A DNA stretch of 64,000 bases from Candidatus Poribacteria bacterium. GTDB lineage: Bacteria > Poribacteria > WGA-4E > PCPOR2b. Positions 1 to 9,950 of the stretch are shown piece after piece. Where the stretch lies: the NCBI GenBank assembly GCA_965116925.1, contig OZ220744.1, positions 1,280,001 to 1,344,000 on the forward strand, given 5' to 3'. The position numbers and the translations under genes are program-made. The notes below the pieces were generated by a model, which was given only the letters and a program-made list of their open reading frames with translations, did no database searches and was not told the origin of the DNA. Numbering within the stretch: the first letter of the stretch is position 1; each line of letters starts with the position of its first letter.

Positions 1-396
1 ATGTAGTCACCGATACCATTGGCATCCCATTGGGAGTCAAGGTCACCGATGCCAATGTCAGTGATAATCAAGTCGCAATAGAGTTACTCAAAGAGGTCTT
101 TAATTGGCACATAACGATTCAATTAGTCTGTGCTGATGCTGGTTATCGTGGAGAATTAGGTGACTGGTTATATATGGCGCATCAGTGTCGATTGGACATT
201 GCGCCATCTGTTAAGCAATCAGGATTTACAGGGGTCCCATTGCGATGGATTGTGGAGCGCACCTTTTCTTGGTTCGCTTGGTTTCGCCGATTGACTGTGG
301 ACTATGAACGGTCTGCTCAGACTGCTGAAGCTATGGTGTATATTGCTTCCATTTACTTGATGCAAAACCATATCAAATGAATTTTAAAACAGGCTC
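1..396 (+). mobile_element. Right end of IS5-family element (IS1031-like)
   Basis: ATTTTAAAACAGGCTC (381-396; reverse complement GAGCCTGTTTT) follows the transposase stop and is followed by TAA, matching a GAG end and TNA target. Confidence 0.7.
3..380 (+). CDS. IS5-family transposase, C-terminal part (truncated by window edge)
   Basis: Frame is open from nt 3 (VVTDTIGIPLGV..). Carries ADAGYRG and RWIVERTFSW..RRL..DYE motifs of IS5 DDE transposases. Confidence 0.9.
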   Translation, partial: VVTDTIGIPLGVKVTDANVSDNQVAIELLKEVFNWHITIQLVCADAGYRGELGDWLYMAHQCRLDIAPSVKQSGFTGVPLRWIVERTFSWFAWFRRLTVDYERSAQTAEAMVYIASIYLMQNHIK

Positions 397-465
397 TAAA
401 CAACCTGAACTCTATTACCCCTAAAAGAAAAATAAACCGATTTGAAAATAGAGGAGGAAAGACAG

Positions 466-1536
466 ATGCAACGGAGAGAGAATCTCACCCATTTGATTTT
501 AACTAACGTAGTAGTCTTGGTACTAGCACCGCTGATGGGAGTCGTAGACGCACAGGCACGGATTGTCTTCCAGTCTAATAGGGATGGGCATGTCCACCCT
601 AGACTCGGTTGGCCCACTTCTGAAATCTATGTGATGGACACCGATGGGAGCAATCCGCGTAGACTCACCAATCATCCCAATTTTGACACAGGTCCCTCAT
701 GGTCCCCGGACGGCAAACGGATTGCCTTCTCGTCTGATAGGGATGAGCACGTTATAGAGAATGACCCCGGAGGACTACCCAATTATGAAATCTATGTGAT
801 GGACGCCGATGGGGGCAATCCGCGAAACCTCACTAACAATCCCAATGATGATTCGGTTCCCTCATGGTCTCCGGATGGTAAACGGATTGCCTTCGTGTCT
901 GATAGGGATGGGAATAGGGATGGGAACCGGAACAACTATGAAATCTACGTGATGGACACCGATGGGAACAATCAGCAAAGACTCACTGACAACGGTTTTT
1001 ATGACATCGGTCCCTCATGGTCTCCGGACGGTAAACGGATTGCATTCATGTCTCGGCGGGATGGGCACTTTATAGGCGAATTTGGACTCACTTATGAAAT
1101 CTACGTGATGGACGCCGATGGGGGGAATGAACAGAGACTCACCAATAATCGCAAGACTGATTCGTCTCCCTCATGGTCTCCTGACAGCAAACAGATTGTC
1201 TTCTCGTCTGATAGGAAGGGAGACGATGTAAACTTTGAAATCTACGTGATGGACGCCGATGGGGAGAATACGCGTAGACTCACCAATAATCGCGTATATG
1301 ATTCGGTTCCCTCATGGTCTCCGGATGGTAAACGGATTGTCTTCGTGTCTAATCCGGATGGGAAACATGAAAACTATGAAATCTACGTGATGGACAATGA
1401 TGGAGGAAATCAACAAAAACTCACTAATAATCCACACCGTGACAGTGCTCCTGAGTGGTTGAACTCTCCTTTTTCGGTTTCTCCCGCCGGCAAAAAATTT
1501 ACAATGTGGGGATGGCTCAAACAGCTCGACCGATAA
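466..1536 (+). CDS. TolB-like / PD40-repeat six-bladed beta-propeller, exported
   Basis: GAGGAGG RBS before ATG 466; signal-like N-terminus; six EIYVMDxDG..LT..PxW blades, five with PSWSPD. Confidence 0.9.
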   Translation: MQRRENLTHLILTNVVVLVLAPLMGVVDAQARIVFQSNRDGHVHPRLGWPTSEIYVMDTDGSNPRRLTNHPNFDTGPSWSPDGKRIAFSSDRDEHVIENDPGGLPNYEIYVMDADGGNPRNLTNNPNDDSVPSWSPDGKRIAFVSDRDGNRDGNRNNYEIYVMDTDGNNQQRLTDNGFYDIGPSWSPDGKRIAFMSRRDGHFIGEFGLTYEIYVMDADGGNEQRLTNNRKTDSSPSWSPDSKQIVFSSDRKGDDVNFEIYVMDADGENTRRLTNNRVYDSVPSWSPDGKRIVFVSNPDGKHENYEIYVMDNDGGNQQKLTNNPHRDSAPEWLNSPFSVSPAGKKFTMWGWLKQLDR

Positions 1537-1562
1537 CTGCCACTCTTGAGAAGATTCATATA

Positions 1563-1793
1563 ATAACGCAAGTTGCTAGTTGATAAACCAAGCACTATAA
1601 ACCGAGTTTTTTCTTCAAAACTCGGTTTCTTTCTGATTCTAACCACTTGGGTTATGTTATAGAATCCTAGTAGGAGTGTAAATGTTGTCAATCGTGGCGC
1701 AGATTGCCTAATCTGCGATCTTTCGCATTACGTATTACGCTTCGTTTCACGATTTAGACAAACACCAGAACAACAACTAGCAACTTAGGTTAT
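1563..1793. mobile_element. MITE-like shell family C with nested hairpins
   Basis: ATAACGCAAGTTGCTAGTTG and CAACTAGCAACTTAGGTTAT are 18/20 inverted; second copy at ~15043-15201. Confidence 0.7.
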
Positions 1794-1846
1794 AATAGGT
1801 CGAGTTTTCATACCTAACATCTATCGCCCCTCCCTGATCCCCTCTT

Positions 1847-1940
1847 GCAAGCTAACAGTTTGCGTTACATTTGTCAGACTGCCCGGTGATTACAACCTTT
1901 GCCGACTCAGCAACACCAAAATGCCAGCACGTCCTAGTTA
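1847..1940. repeat. Dispersed repeat family D (REP hairpin plus IS-like end)
   Basis: Similar to 12775-12865 (GCAAxCTAACAGTTTGCG..GGTGATTACA..CAAAATGxCAxCACGxCCTA). Confidence 0.65.
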
Positions 1941-2080
1941 AGCACAAATCTCCATTCCCCAATCATCCCTATATTTCCGCTTTGCACAACTGCACCATGT
2001 CGGTTATAATAATCACTAGACAGAGGGCAAAAATTTCCGTTTGAGTTTCTGAGAGAACCCCCGACAGAAAGGACAAAGGG

Positions 2081-3157
2081 ATGAAAATCACAAAAATCGA
2101 GACAATTCAAATCGAAACACCACGTTATACCGGTCAGATATCGGGACATGTCATTGTCAAAGTGCATGTAGACGACGGACCAATAGGTCTTGGAGAAGCC
2201 TCGGATAGCAGAGCCGACGATCTCGGCGCGATAACCCGACGCTACAACGAGCTATTGGTGGGACGTGACGCCACCCGTATCACGGAGATTAACGAGTTCC
2301 TACGAACACAGGACTTCGGCAGCACTGTTACCAATCTACACCTCGCCTCCGCCATCGACTTGGCACTCTACGACCTCAACGGCAAGGTACAGGGAGTGCC
2401 CCTCTACCAAATGCTGGGCGGCAAAATGCGTGATAGCGTCTACTGTTGTTATCCAACCTGGGGCGTACAGGTGCGCGAGGACTTTGAGAGGACCGCAGGC
2501 TACCTGCAACGGTTGGTGGATTTGGGTCATCATCTCTTTCGTTACTACGTGTCGGGCGACAGCACATTGGATAACGACTTCTTGACGGAGATGAAGGCGA
2601 GATTTGGCGATCAGATTCGTCTCAAGCAACTCGATTTCTCCGGTCGCTTCAACGACTGGGAGACCGCTCTACGCTACGCCGATGTGCTTCGGCATCACGC
2701 ACCGTTCCACTTTGAGCAGCCCTCGCGCGACCTACGGGTATGCGCGGAATTTACCAAACGGATGGATTTGCCAGTAAGCCTTCACATCAACGATTTGGCA
2801 CTTGGCTACGAAGCAGCCGAGCGCGGTGCCTGCACGGTCTTCAATGTGGCGTGTGTGTCAGGAGGACCCACCCATATCCGCCGCCTGTTTGCCTTAGCAG
2901 AATCGGCGGGGCTCAGGTGTCTGATTGGTACAGATCAGGAATCGACGCTTGGTACATCCGCACAGGTCCAACTAGGCGTTTCGATGCCAAATCTCACCTT
3001 CCCCTGTGATCCGATGGGCCCCGTACTTTACACGGCATCACCGGCGAAGGAGCGCGTCCGAGCGGAAGGCAGCCACCTCTATCCGCCCGAAGGACCGGGG
3101 CTTGGCGTTGAGTTAGATCCGGACAAACTGAGCGAATTGACCGTCGCATCGGCATAA
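2081..3157 (+). CDS. Mandelate racemase/muconate lactonizing (enolase superfamily) enzyme
   Basis: MKITKIET start, GLGE, SAIDLALYDLNGK..GVPLYQMLGG, EQP and PEGPGLGVELD motifs. Confidence 0.9.
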   Translation: MKITKIETIQIETPRYTGQISGHVIVKVHVDDGPIGLGEASDSRADDLGAITRRYNELLVGRDATRITEINEFLRTQDFGSTVTNLHLASAIDLALYDLNGKVQGVPLYQMLGGKMRDSVYCCYPTWGVQVREDFERTAGYLQRLVDLGHHLFRYYVSGDSTLDNDFLTEMKARFGDQIRLKQLDFSGRFNDWETALRYADVLRHHAPFHFEQPSRDLRVCAEFTKRMDLPVSLHINDLALGYEAAERGACTVFNVACVSGGPTHIRRLFALAESAGLRCLIGTDQESTLGTSAQVQLGVSMPNLTFPCDPMGPVLYTASPAKERVRAEGSHLYPPEGPGLGVELDPDKLSELTVASA

Positions 3158-3182
3158 GGCGAGCAGCGAGGAGGATATCCCA

Positions 3183-4280
3183 ATGAGGACAGGACAAGTT
3201 GCTATTTTTACGGAGCCACAAGCACCAATGGAGTTCCGTGAGTATCCCGTACCATCAACAGAGCCAGACGATCTCTTGGTCAAAATGAGCATGGCGAATA
3301 TCTGCGGCTCAGACCTACACTTTTGGCGGGGGCACGGACCTAAAATTCCGAGTGGTGTTCCTCAAGTGTTGGGGCATGAGATGATCGGCACCATCGAAGA
3401 ACTTGGCAAAAATATCCAGACCGATAGCATGGGACAGCCGTTGGAAGAGGGAGATCGAATCACCTACTCCTATTTCAAGCCGTGCAACTGTTGTTGGATG
3501 TGCCTCAATGGTAAGCCGGGTTGTCCGAACCGCTATCGAGATTGGCTCGGTGTGCCGAGCGATCAATCTCCGCATTTTCACGGGGCTTACGGCGAATACT
3601 ACTACATGAAACCGGGACACTGGATCTTCAAAGTTCCCGATGAACTACCTGACGCGCTCGTTTCGCCAGTCAACTGTGCGTTGTCGGAGGTCATCTACGG
3701 GCTTAACCAGATCGGTATTACACTTGGCGATACGGTTGTGATTCAAGGTGCTGGCGGACTTGGGCTTTATGCGACGGCTGTGGCAAAGGAGATGGGGGCT
3801 GGACAAATCATCGTCTTGGATCGGTTGCCGGCACGGCTGGAGCTCGCACGCGAGTTTGGGGCCGACCATCTCATCAACGTCGATGAACTTTCGGTGAAAG
3901 ACCGTGTTGAATATGTGCTTGACCACACGCGAGGAGTCGGGGCAGATCTAGTCGCTGAGTTTGTCGGTTCGCCGCGTGTCCTATCCGAAGGGGTTGAGAT
4001 GCTCCGTTGGGGCGGCCGTTACCTCTGGATCGGGAACATCAATCTCGGTATGCCCACCGAAATTGATCCGGGCAGTATTGTCCGATGCAGCAGAACGATC
4101 CGAGGGGTGATAGTATATGAAGGTTGGGTTATTGCACGGGCACTGGATTTGCTGCTACGGACACAGGAAAAATATCCGTTCCACAAGATTATGTCCCACA
4201 CCTTCCCCTTCGATCAGATTAACGAAGCGTTTGAATTCGCCGAGGAGGGCGGGGCAATTCGTGTTGGGTTGACGTTCTAA
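3183..4280 (+). CDS. Zinc-binding alcohol dehydrogenase (MDR)
   Basis: ICGSDLH, GHE, CxxCxxC..C and GAGGLG motifs. Confidence 0.92.
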   Translation: MRTGQVAIFTEPQAPMEFREYPVPSTEPDDLLVKMSMANICGSDLHFWRGHGPKIPSGVPQVLGHEMIGTIEELGKNIQTDSMGQPLEEGDRITYSYFKPCNCCWMCLNGKPGCPNRYRDWLGVPSDQSPHFHGAYGEYYYMKPGHWIFKVPDELPDALVSPVNCALSEVIYGLNQIGITLGDTVVIQGAGGLGLYATAVAKEMGAGQIIVLDRLPARLELAREFGADHLINVDELSVKDRVEYVLDHTRGVGADLVAEFVGSPRVLSEGVEMLRWGGRYLWIGNINLGMPTEIDPGSIVRCSRTIRGVIVYEGWVIARALDLLLRTQEKYPFHKIMSHTFPFDQINEAFEFAEEGGAIRVGLTF

Positions 4281-4295
4281 CATGAAGGTTTAAAT

Positions 4296-5690
4296 ATGAT
4301 CTACCATCATCTGTTTGACCAAATTAAAGAGAGGCGAACCGTCCGCGCCGGACTGATTGGCAGCGGACACTACGGCACAGCGGTTATCACCCAAGCGCGT
4401 TATATACCCCTTCTGGAGATTCCGATTATTGCGGATGTCGATCCCCAAGCCGCACGGCTCGCCTATCATCGTGCTGGCATCACCGACGATGAAATTGTTG
4501 TGTGCGACAGTCGTGCTGCTGCAATGCGCGCCATGGAAGCCGGGAAATTTGTGATCACGGAAGATCCGATACTCCTGATGGATATACCGATAGATGTTGT
4601 TGTCGAATCCACAGGTGTTCCAGAGGCCGGTGCCCGCCACGCCTATAAAGCCATCCAGCACGGAAAGCATGTCGCCATGATTAACAAGGAGACAGATGCG
4701 GTTATCGGACCAATCCTCAAGCATTTGGCAGACACCGCAGGGGTTGTTTATACCCCTGTGGATGGCGATCAACATGGGTTGTTAATCGGCTTGGTTCTGT
4801 GGGCACGGAGTCTGGGGTTAGAGGTGCTTTCCGGTGGCAAGGCGCGGAACAATGAATGTATCTATGACTCGGAAGCGAAGACAGTATCCTGTGCGCGTTC
4901 TACGGTCTCCATAAATGAATCAGAGGCATGGGCACTCAATCGCATTCCTGATGGAGAGGCTAACCGATACATCTCTGCCCGCCGTGAAATTCTAGCCGCC
5001 CTTCCCAAAACCTCTAACTCAGATCTGGGAGAAATGACAGTAGCAGCAAATGCCACAGGACTGATGCCCGATATTCCTGAATTGCACCTGCCCGTTGTTC
5101 GGACCTCTGAGATTCCTGAGGTGCTCTGTCCGGTAGAGGAAGGCGGCATTCTAGAAACAAAAGGTGCGATCGAAATCGTCACCTGCTTGAGGGGTGCTGA
5201 CGACGCTGGCTTGGGCGGTGGCGTATTCATTGTGGTTTCGTGCGAAAACGAATACTCCCGCACGATTCTCACCACCAAAGGGCTAATACCTAACAGTCGT
5301 GGCTCGACGGCGGTAATTTATCGTCCTTACCACCTCTGTGGTGTGGAAACCCCAATCTCCATCCTCTCCGCAGTGCTCCTGAATGTTCCCACCGGTGCCG
5401 CTACAGTCAAGCCACATGTAGATCTCGTCGCAAAATCAAACTGTGAACTAAAGACAGGTACAATCTTAGGCGGCGGCCATAGCAACGATATTGACGCAGC
5501 TATCCTCCCCGCGTCTCCCATTGCCAAAGGCAACCCTCTGCCGCTTTATCTCTTGACTAGTAATCGTTTGTCCAGAGATGTGGCAGCGGAAACACTAATC
5601 ACGCAAGAGATGGTTGACCCACCAGCAGATTCGCTGCTTTGGTCACTCAGACAGCAACAGGACGCACATTTCGGACTCAAAGAAGCCTGA
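4296..5690 (+). CDS. Homoserine-dehydrogenase-like NAD(P) oxidoreductase with C-terminal SAF domain
   Basis: GLIGSGHYG, VVVESTG, NKETD..IGP, DGDQHG and YRPYHLCGVE motifs; SAF-like tail. Confidence 0.85.
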   Translation: MIYHHLFDQIKERRTVRAGLIGSGHYGTAVITQARYIPLLEIPIIADVDPQAARLAYHRAGITDDEIVVCDSRAAAMRAMEAGKFVITEDPILLMDIPIDVVVESTGVPEAGARHAYKAIQHGKHVAMINKETDAVIGPILKHLADTAGVVYTPVDGDQHGLLIGLVLWARSLGLEVLSGGKARNNECIYDSEAKTVSCARSTVSINESEAWALNRIPDGEANRYISARREILAALPKTSNSDLGEMTVAANATGLMPDIPELHLPVVRTSEIPEVLCPVEEGGILETKGAIEIVTCLRGADDAGLGGGVFIVVSCENEYSRTILTTKGLIPNSRGSTAVIYRPYHLCGVETPISILSAVLLNVPTGAATVKPHVDLVAKSNCELKTGTILGGGHSNDIDAAILPASPIAKGNPLPLYLLTSNRLSRDVAAETLITQEMVDPPADSLLWSLRQQQDAHFGLKEA

Positions 5691-5714
5691 GGGGGTGGAG
5701 CTCCAACCTGAAAT

Positions 5715-7529
5715 ATGATGACAAAAGCAAGTAAGTGGCGCATTGCTCTGGCGCGTAGAATCATGCCAATCTATGCAAACCATCCGAAAGTTAAAGTTGT
5801 AATTGTCGGTGGCTCGGTGGGACGCGGAATTGCCGACCAATATTCGGATCTTGAAATCGGCGTTTTCTGGACTGAACCACCTTCTGAGGCAGAGCGCGAG
5901 ACGCTCGCAGAACAGGTTGGTGTCGTTTATAGAGAGCGAATGAGCTCCTATAAATTTGACCCCCGCCAGCCGGGTGAAGAAGAAGCTGACGAGGATATCT
6001 ACATTGGTGGCGATAAAGATTGTGGCTTCAATGTTGACATCAAGCACAAAACGATTGTGGCAGTAGAACAATACTTGGTAGAGATGTTTGATCGCTGTCG
6101 CCCTCATGACAACCGACTCGCCGAAGTCCTATCTCATTCAATTCCGTTATACGGTCAGGCATTGGTTGAACAGTGGCGTAGGAAAGTTGCAACGTATCCA
6201 ACCGAGCTTGCACAAAAACTTGTCCAAACTCAATTACAGTTTGAGCAATGGTGGCTTTGCGAACAATTTGCTAAAGAAGAAGATATGATCCTTGTGCAAG
6301 AGCAATTTAGTGAATGCTTGACGAAAATCATCTCGGTGCTCGCTGCACTTAATCGTGTCTACGTACTGGAAATAAAATGGACTAACTGGTCAATCGATCG
6401 GTTGAAAATTGCTCCGTCGAATCTGCTACACCGAGCGCGGCGGATGTTTGGACAGTCGCCCCAAGTTGCAGCCCAACAACTCCGCGAACTGATTGAGGAG
6501 ACATATGATTTAGTGAAGCTACATTTGCCAGATATTGACATCGAATCGCAGCGGCAGAAAGCGTTTGAAAGAGTTCCCAAATGGGTCATTCGGTCTAAGG
6601 TAGACCTTGCAAACTTAGAAAGTTGGCAGCACGAATTACTACAGAAGGTTAAACAAGCCTATGTTTCCAATCCTAATGTCAAGGCAATGATGCTCAGTGG
6701 ACTTGCTTCTCAGCGGCATATCAGTGGGCTTACCTCTCGGCAGCGCGCTAGCAGCAACTACGGCGATCTTGAATTTACGGTCTTCTGGGCGGAGGCTCCT
6801 TCTGAAACGGAAAGAAGACAGGCAATCCATGCTGTCTGTGGAGCGCTGAAGTCTATCGAATCTTTCGACGATAAGCAGGAAGGCGGAAGAGACAACTACA
6901 GCGTTTTTGGTGTGAACCTTGAGGTCCGGCATGTAACAGTTGGACAAATAATGAGTATATTGACATCGGTTCTTAAACAATTTGACCCGAGCATGAACAA
7001 GCAGGCAATGCTAGCAACACTAGTACATGGGATTCCCTTGCACAATGAAAATCTGATTCAGCAATGGCAAGAGAAATCCACTTTATATCCTGATGAGTTG
7101 ATGCAGTCAACCGTGAGCCAGATCTTGTCTGACTTTAAGTGGGCATGGAGCAATCGTGTAAAGATCTACGCACAGCGCGATGGATCTCTATTTTTCCGTG
7201 GACTATTTACCTATCAAGTTCAGGAAATGTTAAAGATTCTACTCAGCCTTAATCGCATGTACGTCCCCAAATACGGGAATCACCTTAATCCCTTCATTGA
7301 AGCATTACAGTTCGCGCCTCCGGATTTCGCCTTTCGGTTCAAGAGGATGTTTCAATTGCCTCCGGCAAGTGCGGTTGATGAATTATGGTGTCTTATTGAG
7401 GAGACGTTTTCGCTAATCACTACGAACTTTCCAGCGATAGACACCAAGGGAGCACAGGAAAAGTTCAAACTCGAGCGTCGCAAATCTTGGAATGAATCAC
7501 CCGAAAGCATATTGTCTGGAGGATTGTAA
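5715..7529 (+). CDS. Tandemly duplicated Pol-beta-type nucleotidyltransferase (DUF4037-like)
   Basis: GGSVGRGIADQYSDLE motif; second half repeats the first (VFWxExPSExER, IPL, YPxEL, LNRxY, LIEET). Confidence 0.75.
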   Translation: MMTKASKWRIALARRIMPIYANHPKVKVVIVGGSVGRGIADQYSDLEIGVFWTEPPSEAERETLAEQVGVVYRERMSSYKFDPRQPGEEEADEDIYIGGDKDCGFNVDIKHKTIVAVEQYLVEMFDRCRPHDNRLAEVLSHSIPLYGQALVEQWRRKVATYPTELAQKLVQTQLQFEQWWLCEQFAKEEDMILVQEQFSECLTKIISVLAALNRVYVLEIKWTNWSIDRLKIAPSNLLHRARRMFGQSPQVAAQQLRELIEETYDLVKLHLPDIDIESQRQKAFERVPKWVIRSKVDLANLESWQHELLQKVKQAYVSNPNVKAMMLSGLASQRHISGLTSRQRASSNYGDLEFTVFWAEAPSETERRQAIHAVCGALKSIESFDDKQEGGRDNYSVFGVNLEVRHVTVGQIMSILTSVLKQFDPSMNKQAMLATLVHGIPLHNENLIQQWQEKSTLYPDELMQSTVSQILSDFKWAWSNRVKIYAQRDGSLFFRGLFTYQVQEMLKILLSLNRMYVPKYGNHLNPFIEALQFAPPDFAFRFKRMFQLPPASAVDELWCLIEETFSLITTNFPAIDTKGAQEKFKLERRKSWNESPESILSGGL

Positions 7530-7697
7530 ACAGTTACAGAAGATGTCTATAACGCTTCACATTTAACACTCTCTACGGAACAATCCTTGATTTGCACAAT
7601 TCCTGCAGCTCCAACTAACCCTTGATTTCAATTCAACTTGGTGTTACACTGAAACGCATGTACGATTGAAAGTTTCAATTTGAATATAGATTAGTAG

Positions 7698-7893
7698 ATT
7701 TCGCGGATTTGGGAGTTACACACTTCAGTAGGGAACAACGATCGTTGTTCCCTACGGGATTCTTGGTGGTGCTCCTGCTGTAGTTGCCCGATTTATCGGG
7801 CGTTGGAAATTGTGTCCTATTGCTTTGAATCCTGATTTATCGGGGCAATAATCCGCGCAATCCGTGTCATCAGTTTAATCCGCGATTCAGACA
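7698..7893. repeat. Cluster of GTAG-headed REP-like hairpins
   Basis: GTAGGGAACAACGATCGTTGTTCCCTAC and GTAGTTGCCCGATTTATCGGGC hairpins; AATCCGCG repeats. Confidence 0.65.
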
Positions 7894-7934
7894 ATAATTA
7901 TCCATATCCCTCATATACAGAGGTGTAACCATCT

Positions 7935-9005
7935 ATGCGCCACAAAAACGAGCTGCAAAGTCAAGTTCCCTCAACAATGAAAGCCAGTGTGTACCGAGAA
8001 TTTGGCGGCCCCGAGGTACTGCGCTACGAAGATATACCAACACCAGAACCATCAGAGGGCGAAGTACTCGTCAAGGTGCTCGCTGTCGCCATTGATTACA
8101 TTCAACTCCACATCCGACACGGTGGCAGCGGTCGCATCGGATCTTCGCAGGAAACGCATTACGGCATCACAGATCCGCCTCACATTCCCGGCGGCATGGC
8201 GTGCGTGGAAGTGGTAGGGCTTGGACCCAATACCGAAGGAGTCGAAATTGGTTCACGCCATCTAGTTGGTGGGCTGCGACCGGGATCATATGTCGAATAC
8301 GGGGTAGTTGATGCAAAAAGTCTACAACCCCGGCCGGATGGGCAGCCCAGTCCCACGGCTTATCCATCATCATTTACGCCAGAGCAGGCAGCCGCTTTTG
8401 ACTATGCTCCCGTAGCGTATCATACGTTGAAAATTGCCGCAGGTTTGCAGTCAGGGGAGACGATCCTGATTCACGCTGCGGCAGGTGGCACAGGTGTCCT
8501 TGCCGTTCAACTCGCCAAATATTTCGGCGCGAAGGTCATCGCAACGGCGGGTAGCGAAGCAAAACTTCAACTAGTCCGAGAACTTGGTGCCGATATGGCG
8601 ATTAACTACCGAACAGATGACTTTGTAGCGATGACGTTAGAAGCTACAAGCGGACGCGGTGTGGATGTTGTGTGGGAGTCAATCGGCGGTGAAGTCTTCA
8701 CGCGAAACCTCGATTGCATGGCAGAAGCCGGGCGAATGGTGAGTTTTGGATCAAACTCTTTCACAGGAATAGGACAGGTCGATTTCTGGCCCTTCTGGAT
8801 GAAAAACCTAAAGCTGATTGGATGGGGCGGCGTGAGCAATACACAATCTCGCGCTCCTGAGATTATGGAGGAACTGATTGACCTTGCCCAAGCTGGCAAA
8901 CTCAAGCCGGTGGTGCGGCATGTATACCGATTCGCAGAGGCATCTGAGGCACACCGCTTAATCGAGGAACGGGGTTCAATTGGGAAAGTAGTGTTAACGC
9001 CGTGA
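7935..9005 (+). CDS. NADPH:quinone oxidoreductase (MDR family)
   Basis: FGGPEVL, IHAAAGGTG, GRGVDVV and GKVVL motifs. Confidence 0.9.
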   Translation: MRHKNELQSQVPSTMKASVYREFGGPEVLRYEDIPTPEPSEGEVLVKVLAVAIDYIQLHIRHGGSGRIGSSQETHYGITDPPHIPGGMACVEVVGLGPNTEGVEIGSRHLVGGLRPGSYVEYGVVDAKSLQPRPDGQPSPTAYPSSFTPEQAAAFDYAPVAYHTLKIAAGLQSGETILIHAAAGGTGVLAVQLAKYFGAKVIATAGSEAKLQLVRELGADMAINYRTDDFVAMTLEATSGRGVDVVWESIGGEVFTRNLDCMAEAGRMVSFGSNSFTGIGQVDFWPFWMKNLKLIGWGGVSNTQSRAPEIMEELIDLAQAGKLKPVVRHVYRFAEASEAHRLIEERGSIGKVVLTP

Positions 9006-9051
9006 GGATTTCCGGTAGGCTGTGAGAGACACGTTCAAGTCGCCGACAGAT

Positions 9052-9738
9052 ATGAAAAAAGTGGCAGCAACTGTTACGACTCTGCTGTTGATAACCGGTA
9101 TAGCGAAAGCGCATGCCCAACTCTACGAACATCCTTTCAACCTCCATCAATTAAAGATGGGACAGGTAAGCGTTGCGGTCGGAGCAGAGTTTGTTAACGA
9201 ACGGATCGCCGCCGTTGGCAATCTTGAATACGGTTTGTTACCGACTATTGAAGGGTATGTGAAAGCGGGACAGCTTTATTTCGATGACGAACACTCAACC
9301 ACGCAGTCACCAATTTCGTTCTTTTATTCTGGGCTTAGTTCGATCCAACCGCTAATCAGAAGCGATTGGGAGTGTTTGGCGAGTGCGAGTTTCTTCGGAA
9401 GTTTTGCAGATGAGAGAACAGGTGCCGAGAACAGTACGCTAGGGTTTTCCATTGGATTCGGATTCTTCCATAAAATCGTCGGAGATTCGGTGCTGTCCGT
9501 TGCACCGTACGCCCTCGCATCTTATGACATGAGTTGGTGGACTCTGGGGGAGGAAACCTCACGCGGCGGTGCCTTCTCTGGACAGATCGGCTTAGAGGTT
9601 GACCTGTCACCAAATATGAGTTTGCTGGGAAGCATTATCTATCCCCTTAAAGCAGATAGAGGAACGTTATATGGCATTTTTTTCTCCTTTCATCCCAGCG
9701 TCACGCGCAGTGATATAGCCCAAGCTGCTAGGTATTGA
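9052..9738 (+). CDS. Exported hypothetical protein, probable outer-membrane beta-barrel
   Basis: Signal peptide MKKVAA..AHA; alternating Gly/aromatic beta-strand pattern. Confidence 0.55.
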   Translation: MKKVAATVTTLLLITGIAKAHAQLYEHPFNLHQLKMGQVSVAVGAEFVNERIAAVGNLEYGLLPTIEGYVKAGQLYFDDEHSTTQSPISFFYSGLSSIQPLIRSDWECLASASFFGSFADERTGAENSTLGFSIGFGFFHKIVGDSVLSVAPYALASYDMSWWTLGEETSRGGAFSGQIGLEVDLSPNMSLLGSIIYPLKADRGTLYGIFFSFHPSVTRSDIAQAARY

Positions 9739-9776
9739 GTTCCATCGATTTTCTGTTAAAATTGATGGGGCCTATC

Positions 9777-9895
9777 TTTCGCTCCAGAGGAGCGATATGT
9801 TTATAGAGTGTTGATGCTCTAATGCCTGCACTCCAGAGGAGTGCAATATGTATAGAAATACCGAAACCATGCATCTCAAAGCCCCAAAGGGGCAA
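9777..9895. repeat. GCTCCAGAGGAGC hairpin repeat family
   Basis: Paired hairpins at 9781-9793 and 9828-9844; same arrangement at 12508-12572. Confidence 0.7.
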
Positions 9896-9950
9896 TAAGT
9901 GGCAGCTTGTGCTATCATAATTCATCGACATTACGCAAAATGAGGATTAA

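Noticed and set aside
620..1430. DGR template/variable repeats or CRISPR in the propeller gene
   Set aside because: Repeats are in-frame protein blades; no reverse transcriptase and no evident adenine-specific variation.
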